Positions 53,013 to 64,000 of a stretch of DNA of 64,000 nt are shown here, piece after piece; position 1 is the stretch's first letter, and every line of letters begins with the position of its first letter. The translations under genes were made by a program, and so were the position numbers. Below the pieces are notes generated by a model. That model was not told where the DNA came from, searched no databases, and saw only the letters and a list, made by a program, of their open reading frames with translations. This stretch comes from Octopus bimaculoides (Eukaryota). The stretch spans positions 191,197,687 to 191,261,686 of the forward strand of contig NC_068982.1 in assembly GCF_001194135.2 (NCBI RefSeq), given 5' to 3'.

Positions 53013-55280
53013 AAAGTACATATATATACTTGTGTAGCAAAAGTTACAAATGGTTTTTATAGGGGGGTGGAAGTCAAATTCTAGAATGTTCGAGAAAACC
53101 TGTCCATGCCATTGCTTCACATTGATTGGTCAGTTTGTAAACCAATCACATAAAACTATGGTGGTTTGCTTGTGGTGTCTGACAGTGTATTCAGGGATTC
53201 AGTTTCAAATCACCAGTACAGTTTTACTAATAACTTGCTAAATACCTTCATCAACCTTTGATCATTATTCTCTCAAGTCCTGGAACTTAATAGGGCTGGG
53301 CTATCTGGTTTCCATGTTGTATAAGTGACCATGGTCACAACATTCCCTTCACAAGGGTCCTTATTTACAGCTGAATGGACTGAAGCAGTGTGTATTGGAG
53401 TATTTCACTTCAGAACAAACTGCACTGCTTGATCCTGGAATTGAGAGAAGACCATTATTCTGGGTCTTGTTGAGTTTAGTTTGTTGTATCAATTTATATT
53501 CATCCAGTTGTTGCTTAACTGTAGGTCAGTCCTGATCAAATAAACCTATAATGAAAGACATTCCAGCCATGAGCATCCTGTCTTTTTAGCATTATGTAAG
53601 GATGAATGTATTCTTTCCTTGTTTAAGACAATAAGGTGTGATTTTTAAGGAGAATTTGCTGCTATTTCTAGCAGTTCCAGAGACTATATAGAGACTCTCT
53701 TTGCTTGTATTACTTTTGTTCATGATGGAGACAAATCTACCACTGATGAATCTATTTTAAGTATCTAAGATGGATATGGATTGACTTGAGGCTGGATGGC
53801 CATCTGTGAAGCATTGAAATCAAAGCTGTTTGTATATTAACCAAAAGGCCTTTGTTATGATAAAAATCGTTTCCCTTTTTGCTTTTTCCAGATTTAACAT
53901 TATCTAAAACTCTATTTTTTCTTTTAAGGTAAACTGGAACTTTTATTTCTTCAAGATTTCAGCTTCATCATCATCACTGCCATCGTCATCTTCCTCATCA
54001 ATTTCACTAACATCACCACCTCCACCATCACCACCACCATCACCACCACCTACAATGTTTCTACTTGTTGTTGTTGTTGTTGTTGTTATATACAGTTCTG
54101 ATTTCAGATTGTGGGACAAGGCCAGAAATTTTGGAGAAGAGGCTAATCAATTACATTGACCCCAGTGTATAACTGGTACTTATTTTATTGACCCTGAAAG
54201 GATGAAAGGCAAAGTCCACCTCAGCAAAATTTGAATGCAGTGTGGAAAGACAAACAGACAGACGAAATTCCGCTAGGCATTTTGCCTGTTGTGCTAACAA
54301 TTCTTCCAGCTGGATTCTATTACAAATATTAACCAAACTAAGAATTGTTGTTGTTCCACCAATGCCCTCCCCCCACACACCCACCTTTTCACAGTCCTGT
54401 CTGTTGCAGATATTCTGATGATAACTTCCTTCTTCCTCACTTCCCCACCCCCACCACATAGTCTTGAGTTGGGGTCTGGGTTGGGGCTCTGTGAAGAGCC
54501 ACAGACACTGCCCTTTCACCATCCTCATTTAACATCCACTTTTCAATGCTTGCTTGGGTCTGGTGGAAATCACTGAAGCAAACTTTTTTTCAGCTGGATG
54601 AGTGCCCTTCCTGTCACCAACCCTTCTCTCTTCCAAGCTTGACATGTTTTCCATGGAAGACTGAAAATGGTACTTATTTATAACTATCCCAGGCTGTTTA
54701 GGCAAGGATATTTGTTTCAGTCATTAGACTATGGCCATGCTGGGGCACCACCTTGAAGTTTTAGTCAAATGAATCAACTCCAGGACTTATTTTAAGTCTA
54801 GTACTTATTCTATCAGTCTCTTTTGTTGAATCGCTAAGTTATGGGGATGTAAACACACCAACACCGGTCGTCAAGCAGTGGGGTTGGGGTGGACAAACAC
54901 AGACACAAGAACACACATGCACATACATATATATGATGGGCTTCTTTCAGTTTCTGTCCACAAAATCCACTTAAGCCTTTGATTGGCCTGAGGCTATAGT
55001 AAAAGACACTTGCCCAAAGTGCTGTGCAGTGGGACTGAACCTGGAAGCATGTGGTTGGGAAGCAAGCTTCTTACCACACAGCCACATGGTTTGAGGGGAA
55101 ACTAAATAAAAACAGGTTTCCAAGAATTTCAAATGACTTTTTCAAATAAACAGATTAGCAGTCATTTTGTGTAGAATGGTAGAAGCAGCTAGCAGTTAAT
55201 TGCAATTAATTGCTAATTACAATTAACTGTAATGCATGTAGCCTCGTTTGTCATCAATTCATTAATCAGGGATTAGAATT

Positions 55281-55936
55281 ACTGTGGTACACTCATGGCA
55301 TGGATGAGGAGAGCTGTGTGAAGAAGTGTCACACCCTAACAGTGGAAGGAATCCATGGAAGAGGGAGACCCAGGAAGACACGGGATGAGGTGGTGAAGCA
55401 TGATCTTTGAACGTTGAGCCTCATGGAGGTAATGGCAAGTGACCGAGACCTTTGGAGATATGCTGTGATTGAGAAGACCCACCAAGTAAAGTAAGATCAC
55501 AGCCGTAGCCTATACCAGTGTTGCATAACCAACCCATTTAAAAGTACCCTTGGATCATCGGGTGATATGCCGTGCTTGAGAAGACCTATCAAGTCAAATA
55601 ACATCAAAAATCAAAAGCAAATCAAAACGGAAATTGTAGTTGTGGCCGATGCCAGTGCTACCTGACTGGCACCTGTGCTGGTGGCACATAAAAAGCACCA
55701 TCCGTGCTTGGTCAATGCCAATGCTGGCTGACTGGCTCCCATGCTGGTGGCACGTAAAAAGCACCCACTAACACTCTCAGAGTGGCTGGTGTTAGGAAGG
55801 GCATCCAGCTGTAGAAACATTGCCAGATCAGATTAGAGCCTGGTGCAGCCTTTTGGCTCACCAGTCCTCAGTTAAACCATCCAACCCATGCCAGCATGGA
55901 AAAAACAGACGTTAAACAACAACAATGATGATGATG
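55281..55936 (+). mobile_element. RTE LINE C-terminus + full 3'UTR with (GAT)n tail
   Basis: CVKKCHTLTVEGIHGRGRPRKTRDEVVKHDL followed by the shared 3'UTR. This links the abundant short 3'-end repeats to the RTE ORF. Confidence 0.85.
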
Positions 55937-56085
55937 ATTGCATTTACAAAGGGCATGGAAACTAATTCATTTATCCTTGTTGTCCTTTTGGAACCAAACT
56001 TCCAAGATAAAAAAGGATAGATGTATAATTAGAGTTTGTTGAATGTCAATATGTTCATCAATTAGACACATTAATATTCTGTAAG

Positions 56086-56162
<77 letters not shown>

Positions 56163-56690
56163 CCTTTTTTTTCATCTTGCAAAGGTATGTGGTGATGGTG
56201 TCACATAAAAAGCACCCAGTCCACTCTGTAAAGTGGTTGGCATTATGAAGGGCTTCCACCTGTGGAAACCAAAACAGACAGTGGAGCCTGATACAGCCCT
56301 CCAGCTTTGCCAGCCTCTTTCAAACCATCCAACCCATGCCAGCATGGAAAACAGATATTAAATGAGGATTATGATGATGTCAGTGCCACCCCTTACTAAT
56401 TTCCACAGATTCCAGATTTTATCCTGTAATATATGATCTGCATATTCAAATCCAATTTAATTACAGTTAATTACTCTTACATTGTAAAACTTAATGGAAT
56501 ATTTTCTTGTATTCAGATGAAGACCAAAATATATTTATTTCATTTAATTTTTCAGTATTATTTTAGTTTTTAATAACATCGGTTTTTTTTTCTTTCCCAA
56601 TGAAGTCTTTCCAAATTCTTCAACCCCCATTGTTCTTCTGTTCTAAATACCCTAATTAAGCTTGCTTTTCTTCTAATTCCTGTCTTTCAG

Positions 56691-56720
56691 CTTGGATTCC
56701 TCCTCCACCTCCTCCTCATG
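56691..56720 (+). CDS. 30-nt phase-1 microexon (AWIPPPPPPH)
   Basis: Strong pyrimidine tract ...cctgtctttcAG and donor GTAAGT at 56721. Frame-preserving, encodes polyproline. Confidence 0.75.
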
Positions 56721-58258
56721 GTAAGTCCTTATTCCTCGTCCTCCTCCTCCTCATCCATTCATGTGGCACACTAACCTAACCCTAATCATGTAGTACATTG
56801 CACTGTGTTGAATATTTAAGTCTAAGACCTAGTCTTCATCAAAAGTCATTATTCAGTGACTTCAATTAATCTTGTGTTTTGTCATCAACCAATTCTAATT
56901 TTTCTTTTTTTTCTTTTTTTTTTTTTTTTTNNNNNNNNNNTTTTTTTTTTTTTTGTTATTTTAAATATCTTACATTCATTGGTACCAACTAAAACCATTG
57001 GTTGTACAAAATGGTTGACTTTCAGCTGAAAGCAGTAATAGACATTGTTTTCAGGAATATTAAAAAAAGCAAATTCAAAGACTCTTTTTCACATGGACAG
57101 AAATGGGTGCATAAGTTTTTAAGCATTTACTGCATTCCATTCAATATTCACTGCTGGCTAGTAACAGTTTACTGTAAGATGTTTGATATTCATTGATAAC
57201 TGTCAAACATTCACTGCTGAATGTTAGATATTCACCATTGGCTAATAAATGTTCTCTGCAGTCTATTTGATATTCACTGTCGTTTTGTAAATATTTACTA
57301 CTGAATATTTAACTAAATATTGTAAATGCTAACAAAATGGTCTGACCTTATGTGGACCCTAATACAGGACTTTTCAAACGGTGCTCTGAAAATAAAATAA
57401 TTATATTTAAAAAATACACAAATAAATTTTACGTGTTGTTTTGTCTGACCTTGATCATTGCCAGAGCAGCTGTCTGGCTTCTGTGCCGGTGACACGTAAA
57501 TAGCACCATTTGAGCGTGATTGTTACCAGCGTCGCCTTCCTGGCACTTGTGCCGGTGACACATGAAAAAACATTTGAGCGAGGTCGTTGCCAGTGCCGCT
57601 GGACTGGCTCCTGTGCAGGTGGCACGTAAAAAACACCATTTTGAGCGTGGCTGTTGCCAGTACCGCATGACTGGCCCTTGTGCCGGTGGCACATAAAAAA
57701 GCACCCAGTACACTCTGTAAAGTGGTTGGCATTAGGAAGGGCATCCAGCTGTAGAAACTCTGCCAGATCAGATTGGAGCCTGGTGCAGCCATCTGGTTCA
57801 CCACTCCTCAGTCAAAACGTCCAACCCATGCTAGCATGGAAAGCGGACGTTAAATGATGATGATGATGTTTTCATAATTATACTTTGGGTAAAAAAATTA
57901 TTTTAAAATTTATTAATTAAACTAGATAAATCACCCCCTGCCCTCCTTTTTTTTTAGTATATTACCAAAACCCTGTATAAATGTTTGACTTTTTTTTCAC
58001 AAAGTGCTCTAAAATACTTTTTCTGTTTGCTCTAACGTTTGAGATTAACTGCACTAACATGACACAGTGTTCTTACAACATGTAGTTATAACATGTAGTA
58101 ACAACATGATGCAATTACATGATGTAAAATGAAGAAGAAAGTCCATATTCTTTCAATCTATTTGGAAGCTACATGTTAAGAGATTTTCTCTTTTCAAAGA
58201 GCTGTGTATGGTGTGCATGCATTTGTGTGTGTGCTTGTATGCATCCCCCTGTGTGTGT

Positions 58259-58294
<36 letters not shown>

Positions 58295-58853
58295 ATTTTG
58301 CATTTGCCTCAATGTGGAACAAGATGGTTTCTTTATCCAAATTTAGTCTTTTTTTTCAGATTGTTTTCTTCATAATATTTTTGCTTCTCTTTTATATGGA
58401 AACGGTTTCAGTGGAGAAGAGATGACCAACACAAATAACTTGAACTGACATCTGGTCAGTGAGTCTGCTAGAAACAGTAGCCAAATCTTCTTCTCAATAT
58501 TCTAAAAACTTTAAAACAAATTTAGGAAAGAAAATACTTATTGCAAGATTTGGAAAAAGTAAAAAATGGAATGGTCATGGAAGGGAGATCTGGGATCATA
58601 GATCTTATCAATTACAACAGATCAGTAAAATAACTTATTTCCCTTTCTTCAAACTTTTCTGTTACTCTCACCAATTGACTTTGAAAACCAGGGCCACCCC
58701 AATCAACATTGTCTGTATTGGGCTAACCTAAGCTAGGTATAGAGACAGGTGGGCTTAAATACAGGTGTGTGATGTATTAAGTCAAAGTGTGCTGTGTCCT
58801 GTTAAAAGCACCAATCCTTATCTTGGCACCGAAATAAAGCAATCAATTTTTAG

Positions 58854-58874
58854 GTGGTGGCTGCTTGAGAAACT
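58854..58874 (+). CDS. Possible additional 21-nt phase-1 microexon (GGGCLRN)
   Basis: ttttAG acceptor and GTAAGT donor at 58875; in frame with no stop. The pyrimidine tract is weak and the peptide is unlike the neighbouring exons. Confidence 0.25.
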
Positions 58875-59468
58875 GTAAGTATCTTTTTTTCTAATTCTCA
58901 GTCATAGTCAGACGTTGAGGAGAGAGGACAGGTCACTGAGAAGGTCAGGAATAGCAACAAATAAGACTTGAACTAACGACCAATTGATTGTTTAAGCAGC
59001 ACATTGGCCCTTTAGCATTTAGATTTCTTTGCCAAATGTAAGACTTATTTCTTCATGTTGTTTTGAATTGATCACACATTAACTTGTAACTTCAAGATTT
59101 CAATGGTGTGTTTTTAGAATGACATTGTAGGGTAGATGTGAGAGGTTGAAGCTGGACAGTTTTTACATAAAACTGGTAGAATATTTGGGCTGGATATGAC
59201 CAGATTAAATGCTAAAGGTTGAAACAAATGATTGAGTTAATTAGTTTGATATTTAATACAGCATTGCCCTCCATCAGAATCTGAGTACCTCAGCCAGTGT
59301 CCAACAAACTCCTCTCATCTTTCTGCCACCTCTTTAGTCAACTATGACCCAACATGACACACAATCTCATTTCTCTATCTTCTGAAAATTTGAGACCTTG
59401 TATGAAGGGGAGACAGAGATATTTCTACTGCTACCGTTAATCATAATTCTGGAACCATTTGATCATAA

Positions 59469-59661
59469 CTCTTTTGTTACCATATTTCTGTTGAAATGCA
59501 CTGCTTTTGTTTCAATTAATTCTGAAAATAATGAAGAACTTACTAAAATAAATTTGCCATTATTAAATGAACATTTAGAATTTTAGCATTAAATTTTCAT
59601 GCAAGGTTTTAATTTATTTAAAACAGAAAACCTGATCTTGGGCATCTTGGTATCAAACGAG
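59469..59661. mobile_element. Second TTAA-type MITE
   Basis: ataactcttttgttacc / ggtatcaaacgagttaa inverted ends (14/17 including the TTAA-like flanks). Confidence 0.5.
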
Positions 59662-59759
59662 TTAATCTGTTGACATCCTTGCATGAATTTGCATATTAAT
59701 CATTTTGCTTTTAGTCTCAATGAAATTAATGAAATTTTAACAAATTTGTTACCCAACAG

Positions 59760-59777
59760 CCTGGGCACCCCCTCCAG
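59760..59777 (+). CDS. 18-nt phase-1 microexon (AWAPPP)
   Basis: acccaacAG acceptor and donor GTAAGT at 59778. Frame-preserving; shares the AW.PPP pattern and donor flank gtaagtcctt with the 56691 exon. Confidence 0.65.
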
Positions 59778-60797
59778 GTAAGTCCTTCTGTGCATGGACT
59801 TCATTGCAGATTTTTTTTTTTATCACCCCGTGATTGTGATTGTTTCCTTTGTATACCAATAGTATTGATGTATTGATCACATTGCATGTTCCTCTGGTGA
59901 ACATTCAATAATACTCCATCTGTTGTTTGTCACTTCTCCTTATTTTAATCATCTCATGTTGTGAAGCCGTCAATGATACAACAAAAGAATATTTTACTCA
60001 CTTTTCTTCCTGCATCTTCATTGATTCATGCCTTACACAAACACACACACACACACAAATGCTGAACAGTGAGAAGGAGTGCTCAATACAGCATTGGTGG
60101 ATAGATATTATTTATTTATGGGTTATCAAGGCTACCAATAGTTTCATGTAAACAAATCTTCACAATTGTTCAAGCATGCTACGTGGGAACATTGGTACTC
60201 CTCCCCACTTTGGATTCCCATCCAAAATAAAGATGAGTACCAACACTTCCATGTGGTATGCTTGAACCATTATGAGGATTTCTTTACATGAAAGCCTCAG
60301 TAGCCTTATCAACCCCCAAACGAAGAATAGTATCCCATCAATGTGGTGTTGAGCACTCCTTCCCACTGTTCAGTATTTGTGTGTGTTCTAGTTCCACTTC
60401 TTTAGTTGATTGTAGGTTTAGGCTGTTTATGCACTTGAAGAGTGAATTGCAAAAATGAAATGCAGCATCCCAAAATATTTGGTTTACTCTGGCAATTCTA
60501 TTCTACATAAAAAGGAGAACGAATTGTAAAATCTGTGTAGACATGTATTTAGTTCACTCCTGGTTGTCGTTGTTTTCTGTTGATTTCTTTCATCAACCCA
60601 CCTCCACCTCCTGCATCATTGTGTTTCCTTTGTTTCTCCCCCTCCTCACTTCTCCAGTATGTTACCTGCTGTAGTATCTGTTGTAGTACAGTGGTAGTAG
60701 TTTATATAAAGAAACAGTTTGTGACACAAAGCTAGAAATCACCCATCAGTGTTTTTCTTTTACGCATTTTGAACATCTATTATTGTTGTTGTTATTA

Positions 60798-60837
<40 letters not shown>

Positions 60838-61001
60838 GAAAGACTCGAATAGTTCTCACTTACCAGTTATTCTTTACTCGAAAGCAGGCAACAACAAATC
60901 CTCAAAGGTTTCAAGTAGTGCCTTCTTCTCCTCTGACTCAAAGAGACAATATTCTCCTTAGAATGTGAGCTGTACCCAACAATACTGTCTTCTGGATCAC
61001 C

Positions 61002-61002
<1 letters not shown>
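60838..61002 (-). mobile_element. Extremely 5'-truncated R4/Dong-like LINE inside a (TAA)n tract
   Basis: 61000-60938 reads VIQKTVLLGTAHILRRILSL*, followed by a 100-nt 3'UTR. (TAA)n lies on both sides. Confidence 0.75.
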
Positions 61003-61048
<46 letters not shown>

Positions 61049-61879
61049 TACTATTATTATTATTATTATTATTATTACTATTACTATTATTATTAATAAC
61101 AAATTGCAGGTTTCAAGTGTTGAAAGTATCTTTATTATACAAATGTTTTATTTCCTGTTGTTGTACATCAAACATTATATTTATCTCTCTTGATATATCT
61201 AATGACATGGTTGTCTCTCACTTTTTAATGTTATTTCAAAAAATAAATTACTTTCTTTCCCATAATGGTTCTGAAAATAACTCTTTCATCAGGAATCTCC
61301 AATTCATTTTCAGAAACAACACAAAATAACAAAGATATTTGAGGTTTTGTGGGATTTTTTTCTCTCCAAAATCTTCAAAGAAGAAAACCATCTTTTTTGG
61401 TTCCGTAGTCTTTTAGACTTAACAGTTTCTAACTGCATTTCAATCTTAGAAAAAAACAACTGTTGTCTTGAAGAGTTGAAAGCTCATTTAAACATATTAA
61501 CGAGTTAAAATATTGATTAGTTAGTTGGTCAAGATTTAGATTAATCAATAACTGTACAGCATGACCAGTATTATGTTGTAGTTTCACTAAAAATGGCAAA
61601 CTGGCAGAACTATGAACACACTCAGCAAAATGTTTGATGGTATGTCTTCTGGTTCTTTACGTTGTGAGTTCAGTTCTGGTGAGGATCACTTTGCTTTTCA
61701 TCCTTTCAGGGTCAATAAGTACCAGTTGATTGCTGGGGATGGAGGGGGGGGGGCTCAGTGTAATCGACTTATCCCCCACTCTGCCCCTAAATTGCTGGCC
61801 TTGTGCCAAAGGGTGAAACCATTATTATAGTTTCATTCAGTAAATAATGTTTATTGGAAATAATCTGGGATTTCTTTAA

Positions 61880-62098
61880 CCCTTTAGCATTCAGATTACT
61901 TTGTCGAGTGTAATCCTTATTAATTCCCGTTGTTTTGAATTAATTGTGCATTATTTGGTACCTTTGAGATTTCAGTGATATAATCGATGATTTATAGAAT
62001 GACATTGTGGGGTAGGTGTGAGAGGACAGATCTGGCCAGTTTGAACAAAAAAAAGAAAAACATTTAGGACAGATATGACCAGTTTGAATGCTTTAGGG
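61880..62098. mobile_element. piggyBac-type MITE (TTAA TSD, CCC...GGG termini)
   Basis: TTAA at 61876-61879 and 62099-62102; TIR ccctttagcattca / tgaatgctttaggg. Related copies at 51822-52031 (opposite orientation) and about 59008-59220. Confidence 0.75.
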
Positions 62099-62554
62099 TT
62101 AAAAAAAAAAATAGATAAAACAAATAAAAGCAAGGCTGTGTTGTTAAGAAGCTTACTTTGGAACCACATGACTTCAGGTTCAACCCCACTACACAGCACT
62201 TTGGTAAGTGTCTTCTACTGTAACCCTGGGCCAACCAATTCTTTCTGAGTGGATATAGTTGATGGAAACTACTTGTGTGTGTGTGTGTGTGTGCCTTTGT
62301 ATTTGTCTTCCACCACCACTTGACAACTGCTGTTGGTTTGTTTATGTCCTTATAACTTAGCAGTTCAGCAAAATCCTGAAAGAGCATTTTCTAAACTTCC
62401 ATATTAGAGAAGATTTTAATGCATGAATTGGTGGCTACTGTCAGCTTCCAAAAGTACCATCTTTGAAATCACAAGCAAAAACACTCTACTGTGCCAGTCT
62501 AATATTTAGGGATCCTCAGCCTTTCAACTGCTTTTCTAAAGAAATCAGAAATAT

Positions 62555-62983
62555 ATAAATGTGCTGTGCGTGAGAAGACCCGGCAAGCCAAGTAAGATCG
62601 TTGCCAGTGCCCCTGGACTGGCTCTTGTGCGGGTGGCACATGAGATGCACCATTTTGAGCGTGGCCGTTGCCAGTACCGCCTGACTGGCTCCTGTAGGAT
62701 TTTCGAGTGAGATCGTTGCCAGTGCCCCTGGACTGGCTTGTGCGGGTGGCACATAAAAGACACCATTTCGAGCGTGGCCGTTTTCGTGCGGGTGACACGT
62801 AAAAGCACCCACTACACTCTCTGAGTGGTTGGCATTAGGAAGGGCATCCAGCTGTAGAAACTCTGCCAAATTAGATTGGAGCCTGGTGTTGCCATCCGGT
62901 TTCACCAGTCCTCAGTCAAATCGTCCAACCCATGCTAGCATGGAAAGCGGACGTTAAACGACGATGATGATGATGATGATGAT
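62555..62983 (+). mobile_element. Young RTE 3' end with tandem 3'UTR subrepeats
   Basis: Begins at the codons for the ORF end (AVREKTRQAK*), then ~55-60-nt subrepeats and a (GAT)n tail. It retains many CpGs, unlike its flanks. Confidence 0.85.
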
Positions 62984-64000
62984 AAAAAAACTCTACTGAA
63001 ACATTAAAAAAACAACATTGGATAAACTCCTAATGATGATACCAGACCAGCCAAGCATACAAGGATACACTCGGGGAAGATCAGCTTCTACAGACTCAAT
63101 CATAGACCAACTTCGTGCCATAAAGTGGCAACAAAACTGTTAGAAAATAAAGGCAGTGCTCCAGCATGGTCGTAGTCTTACAGCTGATGTGGTTGGGAAG
63201 CAAACTTCTTACCACACAGCTGCCTAGATGCTGTATAACTCCTTGGGAAAGGTTAAAAGAGCGGAAAGGAAGCAGCTAGAAGTGCCCAGGACACGGAATG
63301 GAACCCGTATCAACAACAATAAACAGCTCCTACAACCCTTCATCATTGTTTCTGTGGAGTTAAATTACCAAACTACTTAATCTTCTTCATCATCATCATC
63401 ATTTACATGTACTTCTATTATTCCTGATGTAAAGAATGGTTATATTGTTCCTGTTGTCGTTAAGGTCATTCCTTTCTCCTTGTCTTGACATCAGAGGATG
63501 CCTGTAAACAAGCACCACCGTCCTAAAAGTGTAAACCATCTCTGACCACAGGAAGGAAATGTTACCTTTGTTTGGATGCAGGTGAGGATTGGGGATAGAA
63601 ACGGTGTCTGGCCATAGAGAATCTGCCTCAACAAATTCCATCTGACCCATGCCAGCATGGAAAAGTGGACGTTAAATGATGATGGTGCACTCATACCAGT
63701 GCCACGTGGGTAGCACTCATGCTGGTTCCATGTGAAAAGTACCCAGCACACCCTGTAAAATGGTTTAGGGTGGGCGTCCAGCTATAGAAACCATACCAAA
63801 ACAGATGACTGGAGCCTGGTATGGGCCCTTCCCCACCACTCCCAACCTTTCCACCTCCTGTCAAACCATCCAACCCATGCCAGCATGGAAAACGGGTTAA
63901 ATGATGAACCTGAACCAACCCACTCCATATGTAAATGTATAGACATTGGTAAATAAATATAGGAGAGAAGGGGTTGAAGATGGGGAAATAAATAAATGGA

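Larger units (their letters stand above)
8794..56940. other. Assembly gaps (N runs)
   Basis: 8794-9187, 18722-18826, 24884-25601, 27311-27858, 35042-35497, 40640-41190, 49375-49384, 49592-49601, 56931-56940. Confidence 1.
31054..63905. mobile_element. Dispersed family of RTE 3' ends (at least 15 copies in this span)
   Basis: Shared core ccatccaacccatgccagcatggaaaa...gttaaa(tga)n. Minus copies at about 31054, 33300, 33845, 38090, 47310, 50122 and 51176; plus copies at about 44390, 49258, 55281, 56195, 57440, 62555 and 63560, plus shorter ones. Confidence 0.85.

Noticed and set aside
53892-53928. Possible 37-nt exon
   Set aside because: Frameshifting, T-rich and intron-like; kept only as an AG|GT junction candidate.
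60590-60630. Polyproline-coding stretch (NPPPPPAS) resembling the microexons
   Set aside because: No AG acceptor or GT donor at its borders; the nearby AG-started segment hits an in-frame stop.
15990-62375. tRNA-like A/B boxes
   Set aside because: All are SINE heads without a complete cloverleaf; no tRNA genes called.
7280-62400. Many 60-330 aa ORFs rich in HT/VC/YI/ER/LS or X
   Set aside because: They are translations of microsatellites and N-gaps.
1-64000. CRISPR arrays, operons, prokaryotic defence systems
   Set aside because: Eukaryotic intron- and transposon-rich DNA with no regularly spaced repeat-spacer array; the tandem units in the RTE 3'UTR have no unique spacers.

Overview
Eukaryotic (animal) genomic DNA from a draft scaffold with nine N-gaps. 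The repeat content and microsatellite load look most like an Octopus-type cephalopod; this is inferred from pattern recognition, not from a database search. There are no prokaryotic features, rRNA, intact tRNA or CRISPR arrays. The window splits in two at about 30.6-31 kb. The left half is CpG-rich. It holds fossils of two Mag-type Ty3/Gypsy LTR retrotransposons, RTE/BovB-like and CR1/L2-group LINEs, a mariner, an R4/Dong-like LINE end, SINEs and foldback elements. The right half is strongly CpG-depleted, as expected of a methylated gene body, and is packed with 3' ends of one RTE LINE family. It contains the 5' coding part of one + strand host gene, a proline-rich LITAF/CDIP1-like protein with PPxY and P(S/T)AP motifs. 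That gene has a 175-nt first coding exon followed by phase-1 microexons of 30, 30 and 18 nt; the rest lies beyond the window. The most notable observations are: (i) a complete minimal type I hammerhead ribozyme fold at 18557-18600, plus three decayed hammerhead-like motifs in other Penelope-type terminal repeats; (ii) a TSD-flanked tRNA-headed SINE whose tail carries one of these motifs; (iii) the microexon array; (iv) a PHD-finger-like insertion in the RTE LINE whose copies are confined to the CpG-depleted half; (v) R4/Dong-like ends at (TAA)n repeats; and (vi) several long foldback structures.
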